Below are positions 30,028-39,153 of a DNA stretch of 64,000 nucleotides, one piece after another (the first letter of the stretch is position 1; every line of letters starts with the position of its first letter). The notes under the pieces are model-generated. The model ran no database searches and was not told the DNA's origin. It saw only the letters and a program-made list of their open reading frames with translations. The translations under genes were made by a program, and so were the position numbers. The stretch comes from Candidatus Methanomethylicia archaeon (GTDB taxonomy: Archaea; Thermoproteota; Methanomethylicia; Culexarchaeales; Culexarchaeaceae), in NCBI GenBank assembly GCA_038727515.1, contig JAVYVS010000002.1, positions 64,001 to 128,000 on the forward strand, written 5' to 3'.

Positions 30028-32632
30028 AAGTGAGGAAGAAGAGGTTTTTGAAGAAGAAGAGGAGTTTAGAGAATCTTTTGAGGAAGAGGAATTAGAGGTT
30101 GTTCCAATTAGTGTTGAAGAACCTGATAATACTGGTCCATGTATACTTTTAGCTGTGGTTTATGATGGTTCTGCTGGTAAAGCTCTTTGTAAACTTTATG
30201 ATCCAAATTCAAAGAAGATTTATTATTGGCATGATAAGAGCGGACATATGCCATATTGCCTTACAGATTTAACCCCTAATCAAGTTAAAATGCATAGTGT
30301 AGTTACACATAAGGGTTATAGGGGTGTTGTTGAAGTTGAGAAGTATGATCCTATAAGAGATTCTATTGTTAAGTTGTCTAAAATTATTGCTTCAGATCCA
30401 TTGGCTATTGGTGGTAGGAGGAAGAGTATTAGGGAAATTCTTCCAAAGGCTTGGGAGGATAGGATTCCATACAATAATTGCTATATTTATGATACTGGTT
30501 TAATTCCTGGGTTATATTATAGGATTGTTAATGGGTATCTACAGCCTGTACCTCTAGATATTCCTACGGATGTTTCAAAACAAATTATAAAGATTTTTGA
30601 AGATGAACCCACTGAAGTTTTAGATTGCGTTAAGGAATGGCTTCCACTATTTCTAGTTCCAGTTCCAGATATACCTAGATTGGCTGTAGATATTGAGGTT
30701 TTATCTACTGCTGATAGAATTCCAGAACCTTCAAAAGCTGAAGACCCTGTTATATGTATTTCATGTGCATCTTCTGATGGTTTAAAGAAGGTATTTATGC
30801 TTAAGAGGGAAGGTATTGATAGTGGGATTAGACCTGTAAATCTTCCAGAGGATGTTGAATTGGAATTTTATGATGATGAGGCTGAGATGCTTTTAAATGT
30901 TTTTAAACTTATAACTTCTTATCCCATAATTCTAACTTTTAATGGTGATGATTTCGATTTAAATTATCTTAGGCATAGAGCTTCAAATATTGGTATTAAA
31001 CGTGAAAATATTCCATTGGCTATGGGTAGGAATTATGTTGATGTTGTTCCAGGGGTTCATATAGATTTATATAAGTTCTTTAGTAATAGGTCGATTCAAG
31101 TTTATGCGTTTGGAAATAAGTATAAGGATGCAACTCTAGATGCTATAGCTAATTCTCTCCTTGGAATTGGAAAGATAAGTTTAGATCGTTTGATTAGTGA
31201 ATTATCATATTATGATCTTGCTGCGTACTGTTTTAGGGATGCTGAAATAACGCTTAAGCTAACTACATTTAATGATGGAGTTGTTATGAAGCTTATACTA
31301 TTACTTATGCGAATTAGTAAACTTAGTATGGGTGATGTAGTTCGTAGGGGGGTTTCTGTTTGGATTAGGAATATGCTCTATTATGAACATAGGAAGAGGA
31401 ATTATTTGATTCCATCTAAAGAGGATATTATTGCTTCTAAGGGTGTTTCTGTTACTAAAGCTTTAATTAAGGGTAAAAAGTATATGGGGGCTATTGTAAT
31501 TGAACCTAAATCTGGTGTATACTTTGATGTAACAGTTCTAGATTTTGCTTCTCTATATCCTTCTGTACTCTATAGATGGAATTTATCTTATGAAACCATT
31601 AATTGCCCACATGAAGAATGTAAGAGTAATAGGGTTCCAGAACTTCCACATTGGGTTTGTGTTAAGAGGAGGGGGTTATCTTCAATAATAATTGGCATGC
31701 TTAGAAATATGAGGGTTTATTGGTTTAAACCTAAGGCTAAAGATAAGAGTTTAGATGATGCTGTTAGGACTTGGTATTCAGTTGTTGAGCAGGGTTTAAA
31801 AGTGTTTTTAAATGCTAGTTATGGAGTTATGGGTGATGAAAACTTTCCATTATATTGCCCACCGGTTGCTGAAAGTATAACTGCTATTGGTAGATATGTA
31901 ATTTCTAAAACTATTGGAAAAGCTAGGGAATTGGGTGTTGAAGTATTATATGGCGATACCGATAGCATCTTTCTACATAGACCAACTCAAGAGCAAGTTA
32001 AGAAGCTTATTGATTGGTCTATTAAAGAGTTTAAGATCGATTTAGATATAGATAAAGTATATAGATATATAACGTTTTCAGGTCTTAAGAAGAATTATCT
32101 AGGGGTTTTTAATGATGGTTCTGTTGATGTTAAAGGTCTTGTTGGTAAGAAGAGGAATACTCCTGAATTCCTTAAGAAATTGTTTATGGATGTTGTAGAT
32201 ATTTTAGGTGATGTTCAGACTTTAAAGGATTTTGATGATGCTAAATCTAAGATTAAATCTGTTGTTAGAGATTATTATGTTAAGTTGAAGAATAGGGAAT
32301 TGAATCTTGATGATTTAGCCTTTAGAGTTAAATTGTCTAGAGATTTAGATCACTATGTTAAGACTACTCCACAACATGTTAAAGCAGCTAAACTTTTAGA
32401 GAAGTTTCAATCTAGAAAACTTGGTGCTGGAGATATAATATCATATGTTAAAGTTAAAGGTGATATCGGGGTTAAACCTATTCAACTTGCTAGGATAGAT
32501 GAAATAGATGTAGAGAAATATATTGGGCATATGGAAACTACTTTAAGACAGATTCTAGAAGCTATTGGGATAAATCTTGATGAAATTTTTGGTGTTAAGA
32601 GTTTAGATAGATTTTTCTTTAGTAAGAGGTAG
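30020..32632 (+). CDS. polB1: Family B DNA polymerase, crenarchaeal PolB1 type
   Basis: Exonuclease AVDIE and FNGDDFD; polymerase DFASLYPS, KVFLNASYG, YGDTDS, KKNY; GHMPYC and AWE..IPY motifs typical of PolB1; no intein. Confidence 0.93.
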   Translation: MVRSEEEEVFEEEEEFRESFEEEELEVVPISVEEPDNTGPCILLAVVYDGSAGKALCKLYDPNSKKIYYWHDKSGHMPYCLTDLTPNQVKMHSVVTHKGYRGVVEVEKYDPIRDSIVKLSKIIASDPLAIGGRRKSIREILPKAWEDRIPYNNCYIYDTGLIPGLYYRIVNGYLQPVPLDIPTDVSKQIIKIFEDEPTEVLDCVKEWLPLFLVPVPDIPRLAVDIEVLSTADRIPEPSKAEDPVICISCASSDGLKKVFMLKREGIDSGIRPVNLPEDVELEFYDDEAEMLLNVFKLITSYPIILTFNGDDFDLNYLRHRASNIGIKRENIPLAMGRNYVDVVPGVHIDLYKFFSNRSIQVYAFGNKYKDATLDAIANSLLGIGKISLDRLISELSYYDLAAYCFRDAEITLKLTTFNDGVVMKLILLLMRISKLSMGDVVRRGVSVWIRNMLYYEHRKRNYLIPSKEDIIASKGVSVTKALIKGKKYMGAIVIEPKSGVYFDVTVLDFASLYPSVLYRWNLSYETINCPHEECKSNRVPELPHWVCVKRRGLSSIIIGMLRNMRVYWFKPKAKDKSLDDAVRTWYSVVEQGLKVFLNASYGVMGDENFPLYCPPVAESITAIGRYVISKTIGKARELGVEVLYGDTDSIFLHRPTQEQVKKLIDWSIKEFKIDLDIDKVYRYITFSGLKKNYLGVFNDGSVDVKGLVGKKRNTPEFLKKLFMDVVDILGDVQTLKDFDDAKSKIKSVVRDYYVKLKNRELNLDDLAFRVKLSRDLDHYVKTTPQHVKAAKLLEKFQSRKLGAGDIISYVKVKGDIGVKPIQLARIDEIDVEKYIGHMETTLRQILEAIGINLDEIFGVKSLDRFFFSKR

Positions 32633-33017
32633 ATGGACTTCTTCTTTCTACTATATAAGCACCTAAAACTCCACCTAATATTTGCACACTAACAATTTCT
32701 ATTAATAATTGCATTGGCATACCCCTTATTAATGATGTAAATAACATATTCACTAATATTGCTGATACGCCAACTGTTAGTCCAATGGTCATTCTATCTC
32801 TATATGCAATTCTACATATCAAATAACTTGAAACTATCGTAGAAATCAAGTATGATACTACTATTAATGCTTCTGCAAATAATATCGTAGTTTCTATGTA
32901 TTCTGCGATATACGATATCAATGCTATTACAAGCCATCCAGGGGCATTTGATAATAATGCTCCAGCAATGTATTCTTCCAATTTAGGCATTCTGTAAGTC
33001 ATGTTTTCACCTAACAC
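32619..33017 (-). CDS. Hypothetical membrane protein (4 TM)
   Basis: Hydrophobic 132-aa ORF. Confidence 0.6.
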   Translation of the reverse strand: MLGENMTYRMPKLEEYIAGALLSNAPGWLVIALISYIAEYIETTILFAEALIVVSYLISTIVSSYLICRIAYRDRMTIGLTVGVSAILVNMLFTSLIRGMPMQLLIEIVSVQILGGVLGAYIVERRSPSTSY

Positions 33018-33064
33018 TTATTTACATGTTTGATAATATTTTATATGAGTGTTTTGGTGACTTT

Positions 33065-33955
33065 ATGAACGATATTTTGAGGTCTTTCCTTGAAGATAAA
33101 CGTATTCTTGATAGAGTTAAATTTGAAGATTTTCTCTCAGTTTACTTTGATATTAGACCTGCATCATTCTTTACGATGATTGCAGAACTTCCCAATGCTA
33201 AGGAGATTGGTGAAAAGATAGATTCTGAATGTAAAAGTGATTTAATGACGATAATGTCTGCTAGAGATATTCAATTGAGGGGTGAATTAATAATGGAGTT
33301 GAGAAGTAAAATTGATAAATTGTTTAAGAAGTATGTTTTGGATTCAGATGTTTTTAAAGCTCATGAATATTGGGCTAAGAAGCTTGGTTTAAGGATGGAG
33401 ATGGATAAAATTAGACCAAGTATATGTGAAGTTTATTTGTTTAAAGATAAGAATATAGGTAGAAAACTTAAAGATTTATTCTACATTAGAAGGGAGATTA
33501 GGAGAGCTATATATCAAATGCAAAATATAAGTTTACCACCATCATTATTGGCATATCCTGAAGAATTATCTTCAAAATTTGTTAGTGAACTTGGCTTAAT
33601 CCTTGGATATCCTGAATGCTGTGTTAAAAAGTATGCTGAAGAAAGAGCTTCTGGAGTATATGTTGAAGGTAGAATATCTAATCAAATTAAAGAATTAAAG
33701 AAGTCTGATGATAAACCAAATGTTTTCTCATTCTTCTCAAGTAATTTCATACCTCATGATCCAAAGTGTGAAAAGGCTGCTGAGATTGGATTAAAACTCT
33801 ATGAAACTTTAAGAGAGAGAATTCCAGGAGCTCATGAAATCTATTATAAGCTTTTATTGGAAAACGTTAATACTGCTGAAAACTTTCCAGAAATAATTAA
33901 ATCTTATAGGCAATATGCTGATTCTAGAATGAGAGATCTACTTATGCACCTATAA
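33065..33955 (+). CDS. DUF483-like protein
   Basis: GLILGYPECCV and FIPHDPKC motifs. Confidence 0.65.
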   Translation: MNDILRSFLEDKRILDRVKFEDFLSVYFDIRPASFFTMIAELPNAKEIGEKIDSECKSDLMTIMSARDIQLRGELIMELRSKIDKLFKKYVLDSDVFKAHEYWAKKLGLRMEMDKIRPSICEVYLFKDKNIGRKLKDLFYIRREIRRAIYQMQNISLPPSLLAYPEELSSKFVSELGLILGYPECCVKKYAEERASGVYVEGRISNQIKELKKSDDKPNVFSFFSSNFIPHDPKCEKAAEIGLKLYETLRERIPGAHEIYYKLLLENVNTAENFPEIIKSYRQYADSRMRDLLMHL

Positions 33956-33993
33956 CAGAAAAATTTAATTACGTATCATTTCCAATTAAATAT

Positions 33994-34389
33994 TTGGTGT
34001 TTTATTTGGCTTATGTTAATTTGGATTTAACTCCTGAAAGGAGGAAGGAACTCATAGATAGAATTGCAACTGAAATTGTTAAAAGGGGTCTTGAAACCCC
34101 TGCTATAATGCTTCTTGAAACATTTAAACCATTAAGTTTTATTGGAGCTGAAATGGCTATATTCTACCTATTCCCATATATTAAAGCTATAACTACAAAT
34201 CCAGTTGTAGATGAGATTACAGCTATATTTCATGATAGATCTGCTGTTGAAGAATTGATTAAAAGGATTGAAGAACTTGTAGAGATTGAAAAGGAAAAGG
34301 AGAGAGCTGCTAAAGAAGCTAAAAAGAGAGCTAAACAATTAATGTCTGGAAATGAAAAGAAGAAGAGATTTTGGATTTTTGGAAGTTAA
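33994..34389 (+). CDS. Conserved hypothetical protein
   Basis: LIDRIA..IVKRGLETPAIMLLETFKPLSFIG. Confidence 0.7.
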   Translation: MVFYLAYVNLDLTPERRKELIDRIATEIVKRGLETPAIMLLETFKPLSFIGAEMAIFYLFPYIKAITTNPVVDEITAIFHDRSAVEELIKRIEELVEIEKEKERAAKEAKKRAKQLMSGNEKKKRFWIFGS

Positions 34390-34814
34390 CCTTCCTCCTC
34401 ATCCTCTTTTACTGTTGTTAATGTTATCTCTCTGCTCCATTCCAGTAGCTCATTTTTTGCTTCTTCTCTTAATGGTGATCCTATTGTAACTATGAATACT
34501 CTATTGTCTTTATATCCATCATCAAACCATTCATTATCAAATGATATCACATAAACTGGTAATTCTATTATCACAGTCTTTTGAGCGGTTCTTTGCATAC
34601 TAAATTTAGAATATACATCGTATTCTTCACTTGTCAGTGGTAGTTTTAATTCCATTGGATAGTTGTCTCTTATTATTATGAAATCTGATTTACTTGCATT
34701 CCACAATTCCATGGCTTCTTTAGCAACTTCTTTAACTGCTTCTTCTAATTCAATATTCAATTCCTTATGTATTTTCGCATTTCCATTTTCAGATAATATC
34801 ACAATACTCTTCAA
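34386..34814 (-). CDS. DUF2286-like protein
   Basis: WNASKSDFIII, LPL, PVYVISFDNEW motifs. Confidence 0.65.
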   Translation of the reverse strand: MKSIVILSENGNAKIHKELNIELEEAVKEVAKEAMELWNASKSDFIIIRDNYPMELKLPLTSEEYDVYSKFSMQRTAQKTVIIELPVYVISFDNEWFDDGYKDNRVFIVTIGSPLREEAKNELLEWSREITLTTVKEDEEEG

Positions 34815-35122
34815 TTTAATTCACCCATAGCTCTAAGAATTATTTCTTTTGCCTCCTTTATATTTGGCCCACCTTTATCATCTAATGGAACTCTAGACAT
34901 AACATACTTTATTTCATCCTTCTCATTTTGTATGAATACTTGAGGTATATCTATCCCTCCATACTCATTTTTTACTCCATACTTATCTAGGAAATCATAA
35001 TCTTCTTCTTTAAATTCAACTTCAAACCCTTTTTCCTTAGCCAACTCTGTTACCGCTTTTCTAACATATTTCGAAGCTTCCTCCCAAGATGCTAATACAA
35101 CAATGATCTTCTTAACAGTCAT
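34811..35122 (-). CDS. Thioredoxin/glutaredoxin-fold protein lacking cysteines
   Basis: EEDYDFL..YG..NEYGGIDIPQVF (cis-Pro loop); the CxxC position reads WEEAS. Confidence 0.6.
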   Translation of the reverse strand: MTVKKIIVVLASWEEASKYVRKAVTELAKEKGFEVEFKEEDYDFLDKYGVKNEYGGIDIPQVFIQNEKDEIKYVMSRVPLDDKGGPNIKEAKEIILRAMGELN

Positions 35123-35339
35123 TTAATATACACCTTACCTAAAGCTTAAACATCAAGACAAATATTTATCTTTTTGGTTTATTTACTATTAGAATTTATG
35201 AATATTTATTCATTATTGAAATTCTCTTAGGAGAAGATTTCTTCACTCCTTCGCTTATCCATTAAATTGATTATAATTTGAAATTTTATTTAATGCGAAA
35301 ATATTATTTATAGCTTTGTAATTTCATTTTATGATTTTT

Positions 35340-35543
35340 ATGAGTGAATCTGAAGTTGTGGATATTTCAAAGATACCTGAAGATTTGAAGCATAGGATAG
35401 TTTATGAATGGGTTCATTATAATTATACTTTTGATGAATTAGCAAGTAAATATGGTTTAACTTGGGATCAAATTTTTGAGATTATAAAGAATTCTCCAAC
35501 TATGTATGCTTGGATTAAGCCCAAGGAATTTACTCCAAAATAA
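35340..35543 (+). CDS. Small hypothetical HTH-like protein
   Basis: TFDELASKYGLTWDQIFEII helix-turn-helix-like pattern. Confidence 0.55.
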   Translation: MSESEVVDISKIPEDLKHRIVYEWVHYNYTFDELASKYGLTWDQIFEIIKNSPTMYAWIKPKEFTPK

Positions 35544-35544
35544 T

Positions 35545-35612
35545 TGCGCAACTCATTTTAAGCGGCTTCATCACAATTACTCAGAGCTTTGACCCTATAT
35601 CATTGTTGCGCA
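35545..35612 (-). ncRNA. C/D-box guide sRNA A
   Basis: 8-bp terminal stem TGCGCAAC/GTTGCGCA; C-like ATGATAT, D' CTGA, C' GTGATGA, D ATGA, with 11-13 nt guides. Confidence 0.72.
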
Positions 35613-35667
35613 GGCTCCGACGGTCTAACGTCATCACATATCAGAACCCGAGTTCATCTTCACAGCC
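35613..35667 (-). ncRNA. C/D-box guide sRNA B
   Basis: GGC-T-GTGAAGA(C)-TGAACTCGGGTT-CTGA(D')-TAT-GTGATGA(C')-CGTTAGACCGT-CGGA(D)-GCC. Confidence 0.75.
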
Positions 35668-35714
35668 ATTTACTTATTTATTTAAGTTACAAATTAATTT
35701 TTGGTGTTCACTTT

Positions 35715-36194
35715 TTGCTTGAATCTCTTAAAAATCTTAATGGTGGAACATATACTCTTATAATTGCTTCTCCATATGATCGTAGGATTAAAATTGGATG
35801 TATTGGTTTAATAGACTTTCATAGTGGCATATACACTTATACTGGTTCAGCACTTAAGAAGAAGTTTGCATTGTATAATCGGATATCTAGGCATTTATCT
35901 CAAAATAAAAGGTTATGGTGGCATATAGATTACCTACTTAATACCTCTGGAATTGAAGTTAAAGCTATATGTGCATCACATAGTGATTTAAGATTTGAAT
36001 GCATCATTGCCAATGATATACTTAATACTCTCAATGGTTCTCCAGTAATTGGATTTGGAAGTTCTGATTGTAAATGTATAAGTCACTTACACTTTTTCGG
36101 TAATATTGACTACTTAAAAGTTTTAGATATGATTTACAACTTATATTTAAAATTCAATTTAAAACCAATAAAAATAATTTTTAACCATCAATAA
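35715..36194 (+). CDS. DUF123 / GIY-YIG (Uri superfamily) protein
   Basis: GTYTLII, YTYTGSA, RISRH, WHIDYL, GFGSSDCKCISHL. Start reassigned to TTG 35715 after GGTG. Confidence 0.85.
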   Translation: MLESLKNLNGGTYTLIIASPYDRRIKIGCIGLIDFHSGIYTYTGSALKKKFALYNRISRHLSQNKRLWWHIDYLLNTSGIEVKAICASHSDLRFECIIANDILNTLNGSPVIGFGSSDCKCISHLHFFGNIDYLKVLDMIYNLYLKFNLKPIKIIFNHQ

Positions 36195-36991
36195 CCCATC
36201 GATAACTTAACTATACACTTAAATATTATATCCCCATATGTTAACGTCAGTATTAATCCTATAAGCATGAAAACTATTAGTGGCATAGCCGGCGTAACCC
36301 ATATATATCCCTCTCCTATTAAACCTTCTTCATAAAGTTTAATTATGTTATTAAGCTTATCTTCACCAATGGATATTCCAACCCTTATATTCAATCTCCT
36401 TTTAATTGTATTCCCTTCAAAATTTAATTCCTCTATTGGATATACAAACTTTTTCTCCTTTAACTTTTTCAATTCAATTCTGTAACCAGTTGCCATGGCC
36501 AACAATTTTTTAAATATACTTTCTTCTTCTAAACCTTGAAATATATTTTCACCTATGATAATCCTATATACGTTTTTCATGAGTAAATATACTGCAGGCA
36601 TTATTGAGATTAACATGGAGTTATTGAATGTTGAAACTGGTATTATATTATGAGTTCCTAATTTTATTGCAATTTCTTCCGGCATTATTGGCATTAATAT
36701 GCTTAATGCTATTATAGCCTTTGAGTCGGCTCCTCCAAAGAAATCTAATTTGTAAGTTAATAATCCAATGGCTATTGAGAATAATATTGATATCACCATT
36801 AAGTTCATCCAGATAGTCATCCATTTGATTGCTGCTTCATATATGAGTAATGGTATTCCCATGGCGACCATTATTATCCATATCCAATCGCATATTTCTC
36901 TACTTTTTAAATCTTGTAATGAAGCTAATGAAAAACATATTATAGCCACTATATACCTTATATAGTAGACTTCATTTAACATTGATTTCAA
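36188..36991 (-). CDS. Prepilin/prearchaellin peptidase (A24, PibD/FlaK-like)
   Basis: ASLQDLKSREI (Asp1), FGGADSK (GxGD-type Asp2), IWVTPAMP C-terminal domain. Confidence 0.9.
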   Translation of the reverse strand: MKSMLNEVYYIRYIVAIICFSLASLQDLKSREICDWIWIIMVAMGIPLLIYEAAIKWMTIWMNLMVISILFSIAIGLLTYKLDFFGGADSKAIIALSILMPIMPEEIAIKLGTHNIIPVSTFNNSMLISIMPAVYLLMKNVYRIIIGENIFQGLEEESIFKKLLAMATGYRIELKKLKEKKFVYPIEELNFEGNTIKRRLNIRVGISIGEDKLNNIIKLYEEGLIGEGYIWVTPAMPLIVFMLIGLILTLTYGDIIFKCIVKLSMGY

Positions 36992-37069
36992 CCCTAAATA
37001 CCTTAACCCACTTAAAGTATATTAATGATATCGTTTATATGAAAATCTTTATCTCTTTGTTTTAACGTC

Positions 37070-37258
37070 ATGTCTTATTGGTGTAAATACTTGAAGTTTA
37101 AGTCTGGTGGCTCCAAGATACTTATTTGCCCAAAATGTGGATATAGATTTGATTTAACATATTCAAGGACTTTCTCATGTGGTGGATGTCAATACTCTGT
37201 TTTTGGATCCTGTGGTTATGCTAAGTGTCCGAAATGTGGGCATGAATTTCCACTTTAA
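37070..37258 (+). CDS. Small Zn-ribbon protein
   Basis: CPKCG, CGGC...C, CPKCGHEF. Confidence 0.7.
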   Translation: MSYWCKYLKFKSGGSKILICPKCGYRFDLTYSRTFSCGGCQYSVFGSCGYAKCPKCGHEFPL

Positions 37259-37327
37259 ATCATTTAAATACATTCTTATCTAGTTTAAATAGTGGTTTAA
37301 ATTAAGAGTGTTGAATACTCTTTAAAC

Positions 37328-37732
37328 TTGCTTTTATCAGTAATCTTTTCATTAACTTTAGTTTTAACCTTTGGATTTGTAACTTATGGTAGTATTAATC
37401 AAATTTCATTTGATGAAAATCGCTTTATATGTACTTACATATTTTCCGTAATCAATGAAGCTTTAAGCTTAAGGGATTTTAATGGTTTAGAACATGTCAC
37501 TATTAAACTTAGTTTTCCATATAGGCTTTCTACTTTACCATACGTTATAAAGTTTATAAATATCGATGGATCTGGGAAGATTATTGTTGGTGAAGGTGAT
37601 TCTGCCTATTCTATTACACTTCCACATGGGGTTATTACTTCAGAATATTCACTGAAATTTTATGGGGGTTTCATAATTATTAACATGTTTTTTCATGAAT
37701 CATTTATTGAAATAAGTATTTCAAGTGGTTAA
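37328..37732 (+). CDS. Pilin-like/membrane-anchored hypothetical protein
   Basis: N-terminal hydrophobic helix preceded by SVEY; beta-rich C-terminus. Confidence 0.5.
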   Translation: MLLSVIFSLTLVLTFGFVTYGSINQISFDENRFICTYIFSVINEALSLRDFNGLEHVTIKLSFPYRLSTLPYVIKFINIDGSGKIIVGEGDSAYSITLPHGVITSEYSLKFYGGFIIINMFFHESFIEISISSG

Positions 37733-38114
37733 TATGTCTATTTCCATTGAGTTTTCTCTCTCTATCTTTATAATAACATTAACGATCATTTTCCTATTTC
37801 ACAATATCTCTATCATCGGGTCCTTTGTATGTTCTAATTTAGAAGATTCAAGTAGGATTATTATGGCTAAAAGTATCGCTATAGGAATGTTTACATCTAA
37901 ATATAAGAGCAATGATTTCTTTCATATATTCAATGAGTGTCGAAATCAATGTGATATTGATATTCAAAATTTAAATTGTAAGCTTAAGTGTATAATTTTA
38001 GAGTTTAATACAACTAATTTTGAAAATCCTCCTAACCTCTATTTTAGTTTCTTTATTGAATTTAATGGTAAACTATATGTTGTTAGAGTTTTGAGGTGTG
38101 AAGCTAGTGGTTAG
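37725..38114 (+). CDS. Pilin-like hypothetical protein
   Basis: ISIEF followed by a hydrophobic helix; overlapping operon. Confidence 0.5.
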   Translation: MVNMSISIEFSLSIFIITLTIIFLFHNISIIGSFVCSNLEDSSRIIMAKSIAIGMFTSKYKSNDFFHIFNECRNQCDIDIQNLNCKLKCIILEFNTTNFENPPNLYFSFFIEFNGKLYVVRVLRCEASG

Positions 38115-38499
38115 AGGTATATATTCTATTGAAGCTGTACTATTTATGTTGATACTTACATCATCCATGGTTTTCATATATAGTATGCTCCCAAAATTTT
38201 ATTTCTTCAATTTTTTTAGAGACTCAGATGAATATGTTAAGTTTATTTCTCTCTTAATTTCTATAGATGAAATTGGACTTCTTGATGAAATTTGTATTTC
38301 TAGAGATTATATGAAGCTTTACTCACTTTTAAAATCATGTTTTAATGGTGATCTTAAGATTATAATTTTTGATGCATTTAGTGGGTTTACAATATACCAA
38401 TACCCTGAAGACATTAATTTCCCCATTAAATTATGCTATTACTTTTATTCCTCTATTAGTAATAGGCTTTTTATAATTGTTTTAGGGTGGAAGTATTGA
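38098..38499 (+). CDS. Class III signal peptide (pilin-like) protein
   Basis: VRG|IYSIE followed by a hydrophobic stretch. Confidence 0.6.
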   Translation: MKLVVRGIYSIEAVLFMLILTSSMVFIYSMLPKFYFFNFFRDSDEYVKFISLLISIDEIGLLDEICISRDYMKLYSLLKSCFNGDLKIIIFDAFSGFTIYQYPEDINFPIKLCYYFYSSISNRLFIIVLGWKY

Positions 38500-39152
38500 G
38501 GGGGGAGACTTTCCTATTCTCTTCATTAATAATTGCATTGATTATACTCTTTTTTGGAATTAATGTTTTCATGATGTCTCCAATATCATTGAAATCTTTT
38601 GATGCTGAAGTTTTGTATTGTAGGTCTTTAAACATACTTATTGATAAATACTTTTATATGGTTTTAAGGCATTATCCATTGAGCCGTGATTACATTGATA
38701 AATCTATGAACAACTTTGTTTATCATATCTTAAGGTATAAGTCTCTTGGTGGTCTTAATGTCAATCATATTAGTGTTTCCACATTATTTTCATGTAGATA
38801 TAATCATACCTTTTCATATATTTATTGTTCTTCCACTTTTAATATTTCTATAGGTGATCTTTCTTTTAAGCGTAGTTTAAAGTATAATTTATCTCTTTCA
38901 ATTTTAAATTATAATCTTAATGGTTCAATTCTCTCCTTAAATTACTCTTTCATTGAGAATGAATTACCAATTCATCCAGTTAATGCTACTATTTGGTTTT
39001 ATTATAATGGGTCTTGGGTTAAGATTAAACATGGTTTTAAAGTTTTCGATAACCATATTGTAATATGTTTAGATAGAGTTTCCCCATCAAAATTATTTTT
39101 AGATTTTATTGGATTTATAGGTGTTAGAATTACTGCAATTGTGGATTTCTAA
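38487..39152 (+). CDS. Putative class III signal peptide protein
   Basis: LRG|ETFLF followed by a hydrophobic helix; many N-x-S/T sequons. Confidence 0.5.
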   Translation: MEVLRGETFLFSSLIIALIILFFGINVFMMSPISLKSFDAEVLYCRSLNILIDKYFYMVLRHYPLSRDYIDKSMNNFVYHILRYKSLGGLNVNHISVSTLFSCRYNHTFSYIYCSSTFNISIGDLSFKRSLKYNLSLSILNYNLNGSILSLNYSFIENELPIHPVNATIWFYYNGSWVKIKHGFKVFDNHIVICLDRVSPSKLFLDFIGFIGVRITAIVDF

Positions 39153-39153
39153 T

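Noticed and set aside
35589-35714. N-terminal extension of the DUF123 ORF
   Set aside because: It overlaps the C/D sRNAs and is not family-like; a better start with GGTG lies at 35715.
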